A stretch of 64,000 bases of DNA from an uncultured Acidobacteriota bacterium (GCA_963739795.1 CAVUBL010000004.1:79328-143327), one strand, 5' to 3'. Counted from the stretch's first letter, positions 8,465 to 17,673 are shown. The notes: generated by a model not told the origin, from the letters alone. Made by a program: numbers and translations.

Positions 8465-10666
8465 ATGGCGGCTGACAGCTCGCACGGCTCCGAGCTCGCC
8501 GTCCTCTACCACGGCGAGCCCCAGCCGTTCTCCCGCGGGCTCCTCGCCCGGAGCATGCACGCCGCCGGGGTCGACCTCGACCGGGCCTATGCCCTGGTCT
8601 CGCGCCTCCAGGAGGAGCTCCTGGCCGCGGGCGGCGGCGTGGTCGACAGCGACGAGCTCGCTCGCCGCGTCGGCGACCTGCTCGAGCGCTCCGAGGGGTC
8701 CGAGGCGGCCTCCCGCTACCGCATGGTGCGGGGCATCCGGCGCCTGCCCCGGCCCCTGGTGATCTATCTCGGGGGTGCGACCGGCACCGGCAAGTCCACC
8801 CTCGCCCTCGACCTCGCCCCACTGCTACGCATCTACCGGATCAACGCCACCGACACCATCCGCCAGGTGATGCGCATGGTCTTCGCGCCGGCGATCCTGC
8901 CGGCGCTCCACCACTCGAGCTTCGAGCTGCCGCGCGAGGAGCGGGCGCGCAGGCTCCGTCCCGACGGCCGTCCGCCGGCGGGCGAGAGCTTCGACGAGCG
9001 GTTGCTCCGGGAGTTCGAGGAGCAGGCCACGCGGGTATGCGTGGGGGTTCGGGCGGTGGTGGAGCGGGCGGTGATGGAGAACCTGAGCGTCCTGGTGGAG
9101 GGTGTGCACCTGGTGGCGCCCCTGGTGCCGTTTCCCGACCTCGAGGGCTCCGCCTACCAGGTGTCGCTCCTCCTGACCACCCGGGACGAGGAGCTCCACC
9201 GCGCCCGCTTCGCCGCCCGCGGGCGGCGCGAGGGCAGGCCCGGAGAGCGGTACCTGGACCACTTCCACGCCATCCGGGCCCTCCAGGACCACCTGATCTC
9301 CCAGGCCGAGGCTCACGGGATTCCCCTCCTCGAGACCACCGACCGCGACACCACCCTGAGCCGGGCGATGCACCGGGTGACGGCGCTCCTCGAGGAGCAG
9401 ATCCCCCGCCTTCGGGCGGGCCCGCCGGAGGCCCGTCCCGGTCCCGTGCCCACTCTGCTGCTCTTCGTCGACGGCCTCGGCGACCGGCCGGTGCGCTCGC
9501 TCTCCGGGCGCACGCCCCTCGAGGCGGCCGCGCTGCCCACCTTCGACCGCCTCGCCCGGGAGGGCCGGACGGGCCTCGCCGATCCCATCGAGCCCGGCGC
9601 GGTGCCGGACACCGCGGCCGGCAGCCTGGCCCTCTTCGGGCAGTCGCCGCGGGCTCTGCGGCGGGGGCCGGTGGAGGCCCTGGGCGCGGGGATCGAGCTC
9701 GGGCCCGGCGACGTGGCGCTGCGGGGCAACCTCGCGACCCTGGACGAGGAGGGACGGATCGTCGACCGGCGGGCGGGCAGGATCCGGGAGGGGGCCGAAG
9801 AGCTCGCGGCGGCCCTCGACCGGCCGCCCCTGCCCGAGGAGTGGGCCGGCTTCACGATCCGTGTCCGCATGGGCACCGAGCACCGCCTGGCCGTGGTCCT
9901 CCAGGGCGACGGCCTGTCGCCGGCCGTGGCCGGGAGCGACCCCGGTGACGGCGCACCGCCCGGCCCGCCCCTGGTGCCCCGGGCCATCGACCCGGCCGAG
10001 GCCGCGGCGGTGCGCACCGCCCGGCTCCTCGCCCTGTTCGAGGAGCACGTCCGCCGCGTGCTGGCCCGACATCCGGTCAACCGGCGCCGAGTCGAGCTCG
10101 GGCTGCCGCCGGCCAACGCCGTGCTGACCCGGGGCGCCGGCCGGGTGCACCGGCTGCAGCGCCTCGAGCTCGCCGGCATGCCCCTGCGCATCGCCTGCAT
10201 CTCGGGGGACCGCACAGTGCTCGGCCTGGCGGCATGGCTCGGCGCGGAGACGGTGACCGGGCCCGAGATGACCGGCAACCTCGACACCGACCTGGACGCC
10301 AAGATCGGCGCGGCCTCCGAGGCCCTGCGGCGCAACGACCTGGTCCTGCTCCACCTCAAGGGGGCGGACATCGCGGCGCACGATTGCCGTCCGGACCTCA
10401 AGATGGAGTTTCTCGAGGCCGTGGACCGGCGGCTCGACGAGCTCCTGAAGGCCTGGCCGGGCCGGCCCCTGCGGGTGGCGGTGGCCTCCGACCACGCGAC
10501 CCTCTCGGAGTCCGGCCACCACTCGGCCGATCCGGTGCCGGTCCTGGTCTGGGGCGAGGGGATCGAGCCCGACGGGGTGGACAGCTTCACCGAGCGGGCG
10601 GTCGCCGAGGGCGCCCTCGGCCGCCTCCCGCTTCAGACCCTCCTCAACCGCCTGTTCGATCTGTGA
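8465..10666 (+). CDS. Fusion of 2-phosphoglycerate kinase (ATP-cone + P-loop) and ApgM-type cofactor-independent phosphoglycerate mutase
   Basis: N-half: PFSRGLLARS, GGATGTGKST, TDTIRQVMR, VEGVHL. C-half: DGLGDRP, TPLEAA, DRRAGRI, KGADIAAHD, SDHAT, HSADPVP. Single continuous ORF; the start is approximate. Confidence 0.85.
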   Translation: MAADSSHGSELAVLYHGEPQPFSRGLLARSMHAAGVDLDRAYALVSRLQEELLAAGGGVVDSDELARRVGDLLERSEGSEAASRYRMVRGIRRLPRPLVIYLGGATGTGKSTLALDLAPLLRIYRINATDTIRQVMRMVFAPAILPALHHSSFELPREERARRLRPDGRPPAGESFDERLLREFEEQATRVCVGVRAVVERAVMENLSVLVEGVHLVAPLVPFPDLEGSAYQVSLLLTTRDEELHRARFAARGRREGRPGERYLDHFHAIRALQDHLISQAEAHGIPLLETTDRDTTLSRAMHRVTALLEEQIPRLRAGPPEARPGPVPTLLLFVDGLGDRPVRSLSGRTPLEAAALPTFDRLAREGRTGLADPIEPGAVPDTAAGSLALFGQSPRALRRGPVEALGAGIELGPGDVALRGNLATLDEEGRIVDRRAGRIREGAEELAAALDRPPLPEEWAGFTIRVRMGTEHRLAVVLQGDGLSPAVAGSDPGDGAPPGPPLVPRAIDPAEAAAVRTARLLALFEEHVRRVLARHPVNRRRVELGLPPANAVLTRGAGRVHRLQRLELAGMPLRIACISGDRTVLGLAAWLGAETVTGPEMTGNLDTDLDAKIGAASEALRRNDLVLLHLKGADIAAHDCRPDLKMEFLEAVDRRLDELLKAWPGRPLRVAVASDHATLSESGHHSADPVPVLVWGEGIEPDGVDSFTERAVAEGALGRLPLQTLLNRLFDL

Positions 10667-12008
10667 GCGCGGCCCCGGGCCGCCCGGCAACCGGGATCAC
10701 CACCCGGATCGTGGTGCCCAGGCCGAGCTCGCTCGTCACCTCCACCTTGCCGCCGGCGCTCTGGGCGACGTGCTTGACGATTGCCAGGCCCAGGCCGGTG
10801 CCGCCCTCGGCCCGGGCGCGCCCCTTGTCCACGCGGTAGAAGCGCTCGAAGACCCGGGGCAGGGCGTCCTTGGGAATGCCGATGCCGGTGTCGGCGACCT
10901 CGATCGCCACGCACTCGCCGGCGTCGGTCGCTCGCCGCGAGATCCGCGCCGTCACCTTCCCGCCCTCGCGGTTGTACTTGATGGCGTTGTCCAGGAGGTT
11001 CTGGAGCAGGCGCTCGATGCCCTCCCGGTCCCCCAGGATCGGCGCCACGGGGCCGCCGGGCGTCTCCAGGACCACGTCGACCTTGCGGCTCCGGGCGCGC
11101 TCGGAGAGCAGCTCGATCGCCCGGCGCGCCACCGCCACCAGGTCGACCGGCGAGGGCTCGTGGCGTGGCTCCAGGCTTTCCAGGCGCGAGAGGGTGAGCA
11201 AGTCGTCCAGGAGGTCCTGGAGGCGGTAGCTCTGCTCGAGGACCCGCTCGACGAAGCGCTGGGCCGTGCCCCGGTCGTCGAGGGCGCCGTCGCGCAGCGT
11301 CTCGCCGTACGCCCGGATCGCCGAGAGCGGGGTCTTCAGCTCGTGGGAGACGTTGGCCACGAAGTCCCGGCGCATCTCGTCGAGGCGGGTCGCCTGTGTC
11401 GTGTCGCGGGCCACCACCACGGCGCCCTCGATCCGCGGACCTCCGGCGGCCGCCGGGCTCGTCCCGGGCGCCGGGCGCGCGGCCAGGACGGTGCTCGAGA
11501 GGGCGACGGTGCGGCGCTCGGGCGTCCGCAGGTCGGCGACCGCGCTCTGGCCCTCGCCGTGGGCCAGCGTGCCCTCGACCACTGCGGCGAGCTCGGGGAC
11601 GCGGGTGAGCTCCAGGGGCGCGCGTCCGGCGGCGTCGCCGGCGATGCCGAACAGGCGCCGGAACTCCGGGTTGATCAGGAGCGCCCGCCCCTTGCGGTCG
11701 GTCACCAGCACGCCGTCCGACATGCTGCGCACGATCGCCTCCAGATGGTCGCGCTCGGAGCGCACCTTGGCGATCTGCTCCTCGACCCGCCCGGCCAGGC
11801 GATTGAGGGTGGCGCCGAGGGCCGCCAGGTGGGGCTCCTCCGGCAGCGGCAGGCGGTGGGAGTAGTCGCCGGCCGCCAGCACACCGGCCCCTTCGGCGAG
11901 GCGGGTCAGGGGGCGGAACAGGCGGAGCGAGAGCCAGAGTGCGGCGGCTCCGGCGACGACCGCGAGGGCGGCGAGCACGACCAGGAGCCAGGCGCCGGTT
12001 TCGGCCAT
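10644..12008 (-). CDS. phoR: Phosphate regulon sensor histidine kinase (HAMP-PAS-HisKA-HATPase)
   Basis: RRDFVANVSHELKTPL, NLLDNAIKY, DTGIGI, FERFYRVD, GGTGLGLAIVKH. Confidence 0.88.
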   Translation of the reverse strand: MAETGAWLLVVLAALAVVAGAAALWLSLRLFRPLTRLAEGAGVLAAGDYSHRLPLPEEPHLAALGATLNRLAGRVEEQIAKVRSERDHLEAIVRSMSDGVLVTDRKGRALLINPEFRRLFGIAGDAAGRAPLELTRVPELAAVVEGTLAHGEGQSAVADLRTPERRTVALSSTVLAARPAPGTSPAAAGGPRIEGAVVVARDTTQATRLDEMRRDFVANVSHELKTPLSAIRAYGETLRDGALDDRGTAQRFVERVLEQSYRLQDLLDDLLTLSRLESLEPRHEPSPVDLVAVARRAIELLSERARSRKVDVVLETPGGPVAPILGDREGIERLLQNLLDNAIKYNREGGKVTARISRRATDAGECVAIEVADTGIGIPKDALPRVFERFYRVDKGRARAEGGTGLGLAIVKHVAQSAGGKVEVTSELGLGTTIRVVIPVAGRPGAALTDRTGG

Positions 12009-12021
12009 GGCAGGGATCGCC

Positions 12022-12705
12022 TCAGGCGCGCAGCCGGTAGCCGACTCCGATCACCGTCTCGATCCGCTCCGCCTCGTCGCCCAGCTTGCGGCGCAGGCGG
12101 CGGATGTGGGTGTCGACCGTGCGGCTGTCGATGTCCTCGGCGTAGCCCCAGACGTCAGAGAGGAGCTGGCCCCGGGTCTGGACCCGGCCCACCCGCTCCA
12201 TGAGGAGCTGGAGCAGGCGGAACTCGGTGGCGGTCAGGGTGACCTCCTGGCCGTCGACCTCCAGTCGGTGGGCGCCCCGGTCGAGGCGGAGAGGCCCGAC
12301 CTCGACCAGGTCGCCGACGGGTGCGGCGCCCCGCGCGCGGCGCAGCACCGCCTTGACCCGCAGCACGACCTCCCGCGGGCTGAAGGGCTTGGTGATGTAG
12401 TCGTCGGCGCCCAGCTCCAGGCCGACGATCCGGTCCACCTCCTCGCCGCGGGCGGTGAGCATGATCACCGGCAGCTCGGCGGTGACCGGATCGCGCTGCA
12501 GGATGCGGGCGACCTCGAGGCCGTCGAGACCCGGGAGCATGAGATCGAGGACCAACAGGTCCGGTCGCTCGGACCGGATGCGATCGAGGGCGGTGTCGCC
12601 CCGCTCTTCGGTCTCCACGTCGAAGCCCTCTTTGCCCAAGTTGTAGGCGAGGACCTCGGCGATGTCGGGCTCGTCTTCGACGAGCAGGATGCGACCCTGA
12701 GCCAT
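12022..12705 (-). CDS. phoB: OmpR/PhoB-family response regulator
   Basis: ILLVEDE, DLMLPG, GADDYITKPFS, RTVDTHIRRLRRKL; adjacent to phoR and phoU. Confidence 0.85.
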   Translation of the reverse strand: MAQGRILLVEDEPDIAEVLAYNLGKEGFDVETEERGDTALDRIRSERPDLLVLDLMLPGLDGLEVARILQRDPVTAELPVIMLTARGEEVDRIVGLELGADDYITKPFSPREVVLRVKAVLRRARGAAPVGDLVEVGPLRLDRGAHRLEVDGQEVTLTATEFRLLQLLMERVGRVQTRGQLLSDVWGYAEDIDSRTVDTHIRRLRRKLGDEAERIETVIGVGYRLRA

Positions 12706-12748
12706 GGAGGGGAGCTTAGCAGCCCGGTGCGCCGGGGCGACACGGGCC

Positions 12749-12941
12749 CCGTCCACAGAATCTGTGGAAAAGTCTGTGGAAAGCGGGTGGATGGGACGGC
12801 CAGAGTCCCTAGAATCCAGGGCTTGCTGCACATTGAACAGACTCTTGTGCATCTCGGCTAACCCTTTTAATTGCAGCGAGTTGAATGTGTCCATGGATCG
12901 CCCCCCTCGGATCGGCCTCCGGCGAGCCCACTTTTTCCACA
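12749..12941. promoter_or_regulatory. Cluster of DnaA-box-like 9-mers
   Basis: TGTGGAAAA at 12763-12771 and TTTTCCACA at 12933-12941 match TTWTNCACA. Near-matches are TGTGGAAAG (12775-12783) and CCGTCCACA (12749-12757), with a relatively AT-rich stretch in between. Confidence 0.5.
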
Positions 12942-12952
12942 GTTGGGCCGAA

Positions 12953-12992
12953 GTAACAAGGCGGTAACAGCCCCATGGCAGGCTCGTAACGT
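12953..12992 (-). promoter_or_regulatory. Four Pho-box-like direct repeats upstream of phoB-phoR
   Basis: Minus strand ACGTTAC-N4-CTGCCAT-N4-CTGTTAC-N4-TTGTTAC with an exact 11-bp period, similar to CTGTCAY. Confidence 0.6.
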
Positions 12993-13131
12993 ACTGAAAA
13001 ACGCTTGTCTTTCCGCGAGTTATCGAGACTCGCCGATCGATCTCGAGAAGGGGCGGGCCGGCCGGTGGAGAGGTCCGGGGCCGGGGTCGAAGAGGGCCTC
13101 CCAGGAGCCGACGCGCCCAGGCCGTGACGAC

Positions 13132-13314
13132 CTAGCCTGGACTATTCATGAGGCGCCGTAGCGAGAGGCGCAAGTGTGTGTGAGATCAGGGCGCACGTAG
13201 CGATGAGAGACGCAGGCGTACTGGACAGTACGTTGAGGAGCGAAGAGCGAGTACGCCCTGAGATCGCGTGCAATTGCGGCTCGTAGTAGGTGGCTCATGA
13301 ATAGTCCAGGCTAG
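13132..13314. mobile_element. MITE-like element, family A (183 bp)
   Basis: Perfect 21-bp terminal inverted repeats CTAGCCTGGACTATTCATGAG / CTCATGAATAGTCCAGGCTAG; no ORF; internal GACGCAGGCG-N12-CGTTGAGGAG core. Confidence 0.75.
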
Positions 13315-13411
13315 GAGTCTGCGCGGCTCTCGATGCGGGTCCGGTCGTAGGGGACGGGCCGGAGCCGAAACCGCCGGCCCCGGCCCGCGAGGAGGCACCT
13401 GGAGGAGGCTG

Positions 13412-13966
13412 CTAGCTACCCATGCTCATGGGGCCGCCGCCCTTGCCGCGGTGACGGGGACCGAAGGCCTGGCGCACCTCCTTGAGGATCGCCCAGCGGT
13501 CGGCCTGGGTCGCGGTCAGCAGCGCCGTGAACGACGTGTCGAAGGCGTCGCGGGCGCTCTTGATCTGATCGCGGACTCCTTGGATCTGGATCACCAGGGC
13601 GCCGACGGCGGCGGCGTCCGGGTTGTCGCTGTCCAGGAGGTCGGCGAGCTGCTTGTGGAGGGTCCCTTCCTGCTCATGGAGGGGCTGGACCGCGGTCTTG
13701 AGGTCGTCGAGGAGGGCCTGGGTCTGGGTTACCTGGTCGCTGGTGAGGTCGAGGAACCGGCTGACGGGCCCGAGGGGGAAGTGGCCCGCTTCGGCGCCCG
13801 GAGGGCCTCCGGGCCCCTGGCCGGCCGCACCCGGGGGCGGGCCGGGCGGCTGCGCGGCCAGCGGCAGCGCGGGGAGGGCGAGGAACACGGCCACGGCCAG
13901 GGGAGCGACGAGGGTGAGAGCCCGCGAGCGGGCCCTGCCGGGGGCGGTGGGTCGAGAGCGGTTCAT
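13412..13966 (-). CDS. Periplasmic Spy/CpxP-like (LTXXQ / heavy-metal sensor) helical protein
   Basis: AAGGAGA RBS, signal peptide, LDLTSDQ and LLTATQ motifs. Confidence 0.75.
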   Translation of the reverse strand: MNRSRPTAPGRARSRALTLVAPLAVAVFLALPALPLAAQPPGPPPGAAGQGPGGPPGAEAGHFPLGPVSRFLDLTSDQVTQTQALLDDLKTAVQPLHEQEGTLHKQLADLLDSDNPDAAAVGALVIQIQGVRDQIKSARDAFDTSFTALLTATQADRWAILKEVRQAFGPRHRGKGGGPMSMGS

Positions 13967-14132
13967 TCGGTGGGTCTCCTTGTCGAAGTCTCGGTGGGGC
14001 CGACGGTGCGTCGTCCCTTCGCCGGGTGAAACCCACGGAGCTCCGGTTTCTTGCGGAGATTCTTGGGCGGTTCGGCCGGCTGGTAGACTGCGGCTCCGAA
14101 TCGAAGATCCCACAGACGATGGGGAGCCGCCT

Positions 14133-15965
14133 GTGCTCAGAGTCCTCTACGACGACGCACCCCCCTCTCCGCCCGGCGGGACTCCGCGATTCCCGGAGTC
14201 GCCGGTGACCTTCGCCGCCGGCTTCCACCCGGAGGAGCGGGAGGACTCGGAGGCCTTCCGCTGGATGGGTCTCGAGGGACGCCTCGCCTTCCCCGCGGCC
14301 CCGCCGGGCGCGGCCCTCGAAGCCGGGGTCTTCTCGCCGTATTACGACCTGTCCCAGACCCTCTCCGTGGAGGTGGGCGGCGAGCACCACGAGCTGGAGC
14401 TGGTCCACGGTTGGGGCCTGGTGTCGGTCCCGGTGCCGGCCGGTGCCACCGAGGCGCGGCTCCGGGCGTCGAAGCCGTTGCCGGAGGCCCACCACCCGGG
14501 CGATCCCCGGGAGCTCGCCGTGCGCCTGCGCGCTCCCCGCCTCCACGCCGACCGGGCGCGCCGCGCGAGCGTCGAGCGCCAGCACGCCAACGCCGTCCTC
14601 AACCTGCGCGAGATGCTCGAGGGCCGCGGCGAGCTCTCCTCGACCCCCACCAGCCTGGGCATCGACCTCCACGGCGTGTGCAACGTCAAGCCGCCGTGCG
14701 TCTACTGCGACTGGGACGTCAGCAAGGCGCAGGAGGGCGATGCCGTCGACGTGCCCTTCACTCGCGAGACGCTGGACGAGTGGGGGGAGTTCTTCGAGAA
14801 CGCCGCCGGCCTGGTGAACTGCTCCATTGGCGAACCCTTCATGATGAAGGACCTCGACCGGGTGCTCGACGCCTTCGGCGAGCGGGGCAAGAGGCTGGAG
14901 ATGGCCACGAACGGCCAGATCCTCACCGACCGCAACATCCAGAAGCTTCTAGGCCGGCGGATCCACCTCTACATCTCCCTGGACGCCGCGACCGCCGACA
15001 CCTACGCCCGCCTGCGCAACGACAAGTTCGACCGCATCCTGGCCAACCTCCGGCGCCTCATCGCCGCCAAAGGCGGGCGAGACGGCCTGCCCAAGCTCCA
15101 CATGGTGTTCATGCCCATGCGCGCCAACCTCCACGAGCTCGAGCCGTTCGTGCGCCTGTGCGCCGAGCTCGGCGTGGACCGCATGGTGCTGCGACCCCTC
15201 AACTACAACGAGGCGACGGGCCTCGACTGGGTGAGGAACGGCTACCACTTCCGGTACGCCGAGGAGCTGCTGCCCTGGGACGAGCTGGTACGGGTGAGCG
15301 GCCGGGCTGCGGAGCTCGCCCGGCGCTACGGCGTGGAGCTCTCCGACCAGATGGACTTCGGCGGTCTGGGGCTGGAGACCGGCTTCGCCGCCGAGTACGA
15401 GCGGGGCCGGCGGGAGGCGGTGGGAGCCGAGGACGGCGAGGTTGCCGAGGTCTCGGCGGCGCCGGCCGAGCCTCTCGATCCGCTCGACTCCGCCGCGACG
15501 CCCGACGAGCCGGGCGCACCCGCGACCGCCGGCCCGGCCTCCGAGGCGTCGGCGGAAGCTCCGCCCTCGCTGGGCGAGGAGCGCCTGCCGATCTGCCTGG
15601 AGCCCTGGAAGAGCCTGTACATCCTGCGGCGCGGGGTGCTGCCCTGCTGCCACGGCTCGGCACCCCTGGCCTCCATGGACGAGTACAGGGAGACCTGGAG
15701 CTCTCCCACCCTCCAGGGCATCCGCACCGAGCTCGCCGCCGGCCGCTTCCACGAGTACTGCCTGAGCTCGGAGTCCTGCCCGATCGTGCGCAAGTGGCGG
15801 AACGCCGGGCCGCGGGGTCGCTCGGACCGCACCTTCCTGGCCTTGAAGCGCCTGTGGCACGGGGTGGATCGGCTGGGGTTCGGAGTGCCCAAGCGCCTCG
15901 CCCGGCCCCTGCGCGGACGGCTCCTCGCCCTCGCCCGCCGGGCCGCCGAGCTGGTCGGCGATTGA
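14133..15965 (+). CDS. Radical SAM/SPASM-domain protein with N-terminal beta-sandwich
   Basis: CNVKPPCVYC cluster motif, IGEPF, TNGQIL, ISLDAA, C-terminal CLEPW...PCC. The GTG start after GGGGAG is inferred. Confidence 0.8.
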   Translation: MLRVLYDDAPPSPPGGTPRFPESPVTFAAGFHPEEREDSEAFRWMGLEGRLAFPAAPPGAALEAGVFSPYYDLSQTLSVEVGGEHHELELVHGWGLVSVPVPAGATEARLRASKPLPEAHHPGDPRELAVRLRAPRLHADRARRASVERQHANAVLNLREMLEGRGELSSTPTSLGIDLHGVCNVKPPCVYCDWDVSKAQEGDAVDVPFTRETLDEWGEFFENAAGLVNCSIGEPFMMKDLDRVLDAFGERGKRLEMATNGQILTDRNIQKLLGRRIHLYISLDAATADTYARLRNDKFDRILANLRRLIAAKGGRDGLPKLHMVFMPMRANLHELEPFVRLCAELGVDRMVLRPLNYNEATGLDWVRNGYHFRYAEELLPWDELVRVSGRAAELARRYGVELSDQMDFGGLGLETGFAAEYERGRREAVGAEDGEVAEVSAAPAEPLDPLDSAATPDEPGAPATAGPASEASAEAPPSLGEERLPICLEPWKSLYILRRGVLPCCHGSAPLASMDEYRETWSSPTLQGIRTELAAGRFHEYCLSSESCPIVRKWRNAGPRGRSDRTFLALKRLWHGVDRLGFGVPKRLARPLRGRLLALARRAAELVGD

Positions 15966-16026
15966 CCGGGCCCTGTGATAGCTTTTCCTCGGCCCACGGC
16001 CCATCGCCGCGGGCTCTTCCACGACC

Positions 16027-17163
16027 ATGAGCGACTCTGAAACCACCCTACGCCGTACTCCGCTGTACGAACGCCACGTCGCCGCCGGGGGCAAGATCGT
16101 CCCCTTCGCCGGTTGGGAGATGCCGGTCCAGTACTCGGGCGTCATCGAGGAGCACCGGGCGGTGCGCGGCGCGGCCGGCCTCTTCGACGTCAGCCACATG
16201 GGCGAGATCCACGTGGCCGGGCCCGGGGCGGAGGCCTTCCTCCAGCGCCTGACGCCCAACGACGTCACCGCCCTCACCCCGGGCCGCGCCCACTACAGCG
16301 CCTTCCTGACCGAGGCGGGCACGTACATCGACGACCTGCTGGTCTACCGCCTCGGCGCCGAGGAGTTCCTGGTGGTGGTCAACGCAGCCAACGCCGCCAA
16401 GGACTTCGCCTGGGTCGAGAGCCACGCCGCCGGAGTCGAGGGCGTGGAGGTGGAGGACGTTTCGGAGCGCTACGCCCTTCTCGCCCTCCAGGGGCCCAAG
16501 GCGGCGGGGATCCTCCGGCCGCTGGCCCGGGTGGCGGACGCCGAGGGGAATCCGGGCGCCCTCGACGAGATCAAGGGCTACCGTTTCGCCCGCGGCACGG
16601 TCGACGGCGCGGCGGCGATCCTCTCGCGCACCGGCTACACAGGAGAGGACGGCTTCGAGCTCTACCTGGCCCCCGAGGACGCCCCCCGCATCTGGGACCG
16701 GCTGCTCGCGGCGGGCGTCGCCGACGGGCTGATCCCCGCCGGTCTGGGGGCCCGCGACACCCTCCGCCTGGAGTCGGGCATGGCCCTCTACGGGCACGAG
16801 ATCGACGACACCACGACCCCGTGGGAGGCCGACCTCGCCTGGACGGTCAAGCTCGAGGCCGGCGAGTTCATCGGCAAGGGCGCCATCGTCCGGCAGAAGG
16901 AGGCGGGTATCGAGCGACGGCTGGTGGGCTTCGAGGTCGAGGGGCGGGGCATCGCCCGCGACGGCCACCGGGTTCTGGACGGCGAGCACGAGGTCGGGCG
17001 GGTGACCAGCGGTACCTGGAGCCCCACGTTCGAGAAGGCCCTGGGGATGGCCTACGTTCCCATCGGCCTGGCCGAGCCCGGCAGCTCCGTGGCGATCGAC
17101 GTCCGCGGCCGGCGGCTCCCGGCCCGGGTCGTGAAGCTCCCGTTCTACCGCCGCCCGCGGTAA
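16027..17163 (+). CDS. gcvT: Glycine cleavage system T protein
   Basis: FAGWEMPVQY, LFDVSHMG, SRTGYTGEDGFE, GLGARDTLRLE. Confidence 0.97.
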   Translation: MSDSETTLRRTPLYERHVAAGGKIVPFAGWEMPVQYSGVIEEHRAVRGAAGLFDVSHMGEIHVAGPGAEAFLQRLTPNDVTALTPGRAHYSAFLTEAGTYIDDLLVYRLGAEEFLVVVNAANAAKDFAWVESHAAGVEGVEVEDVSERYALLALQGPKAAGILRPLARVADAEGNPGALDEIKGYRFARGTVDGAAAILSRTGYTGEDGFELYLAPEDAPRIWDRLLAAGVADGLIPAGLGARDTLRLESGMALYGHEIDDTTTPWEADLAWTVKLEAGEFIGKGAIVRQKEAGIERRLVGFEVEGRGIARDGHRVLDGEHEVGRVTSGTWSPTFEKALGMAYVPIGLAEPGSSVAIDVRGRRLPARVVKLPFYRRPR

Positions 17164-17286
17164 CGAGCCCCGGCCTCCGCCCACCCCGACGGTGGGGGCG
17201 GAGGCCTCCTGGGGCGATATGATCGGGATGGTCGCCGACGCCCCGGCAACTGGCAGCGGCCGAATCCCAACCGAGGAGGAGAGAGC

Positions 17287-17673
17287 ATGTATCCGAGCGA
17301 TTATCTCTACTCGCGCGATCACGAATGGGTCCGGGTCGAAGGCGAAACCTGCGTCCTCGGGATCACCGAGCACGCCCAGGAGGAGCTGGGCGAGATCGTG
17401 TTCGTCGAGCTGCCCGAGGTGGGCGACACGTTCAACGCCGCCGACGAGGTGGGCACGATCGAGTCGGTGAAGGCCGTGGCCGAGGTCTACACGCCGGTCT
17501 CGGGCGAGGTGGTCGAGGTCAACTCCGCCCTCACTGACGACCCGGAGCTGATCAACGACGACCCCCACGGAGAGGGCTGGCTGATCAAGCTGCAGATCGC
17601 CTCGAAGGCCCAGCTCGACGAGCTGATGAACGCCGAGAAGTACGAGGAGTACCTCGACAGTGGCGAAGAGTGA
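17287..17673 (+). CDS. gcvH: Glycine cleavage system H protein
   Basis: HEWV, lipoyl motif IESVKA, PELINDDP. Confidence 0.97.
   Translation: MYPSDYLYSRDHEWVRVEGETCVLGITEHAQEELGEIVFVELPEVGDTFNAADEVGTIESVKAVAEVYTPVSGEVVEVNSALTDDPELINDDPHGEGWLIKLQIASKAQLDELMNAEKYEEYLDSGEE

Noticed and set aside
15966-16026. Glycine riboswitch upstream of gcvT
   Set aside because: The intergenic space is only about 60 nt and contains no aptamer motifs.
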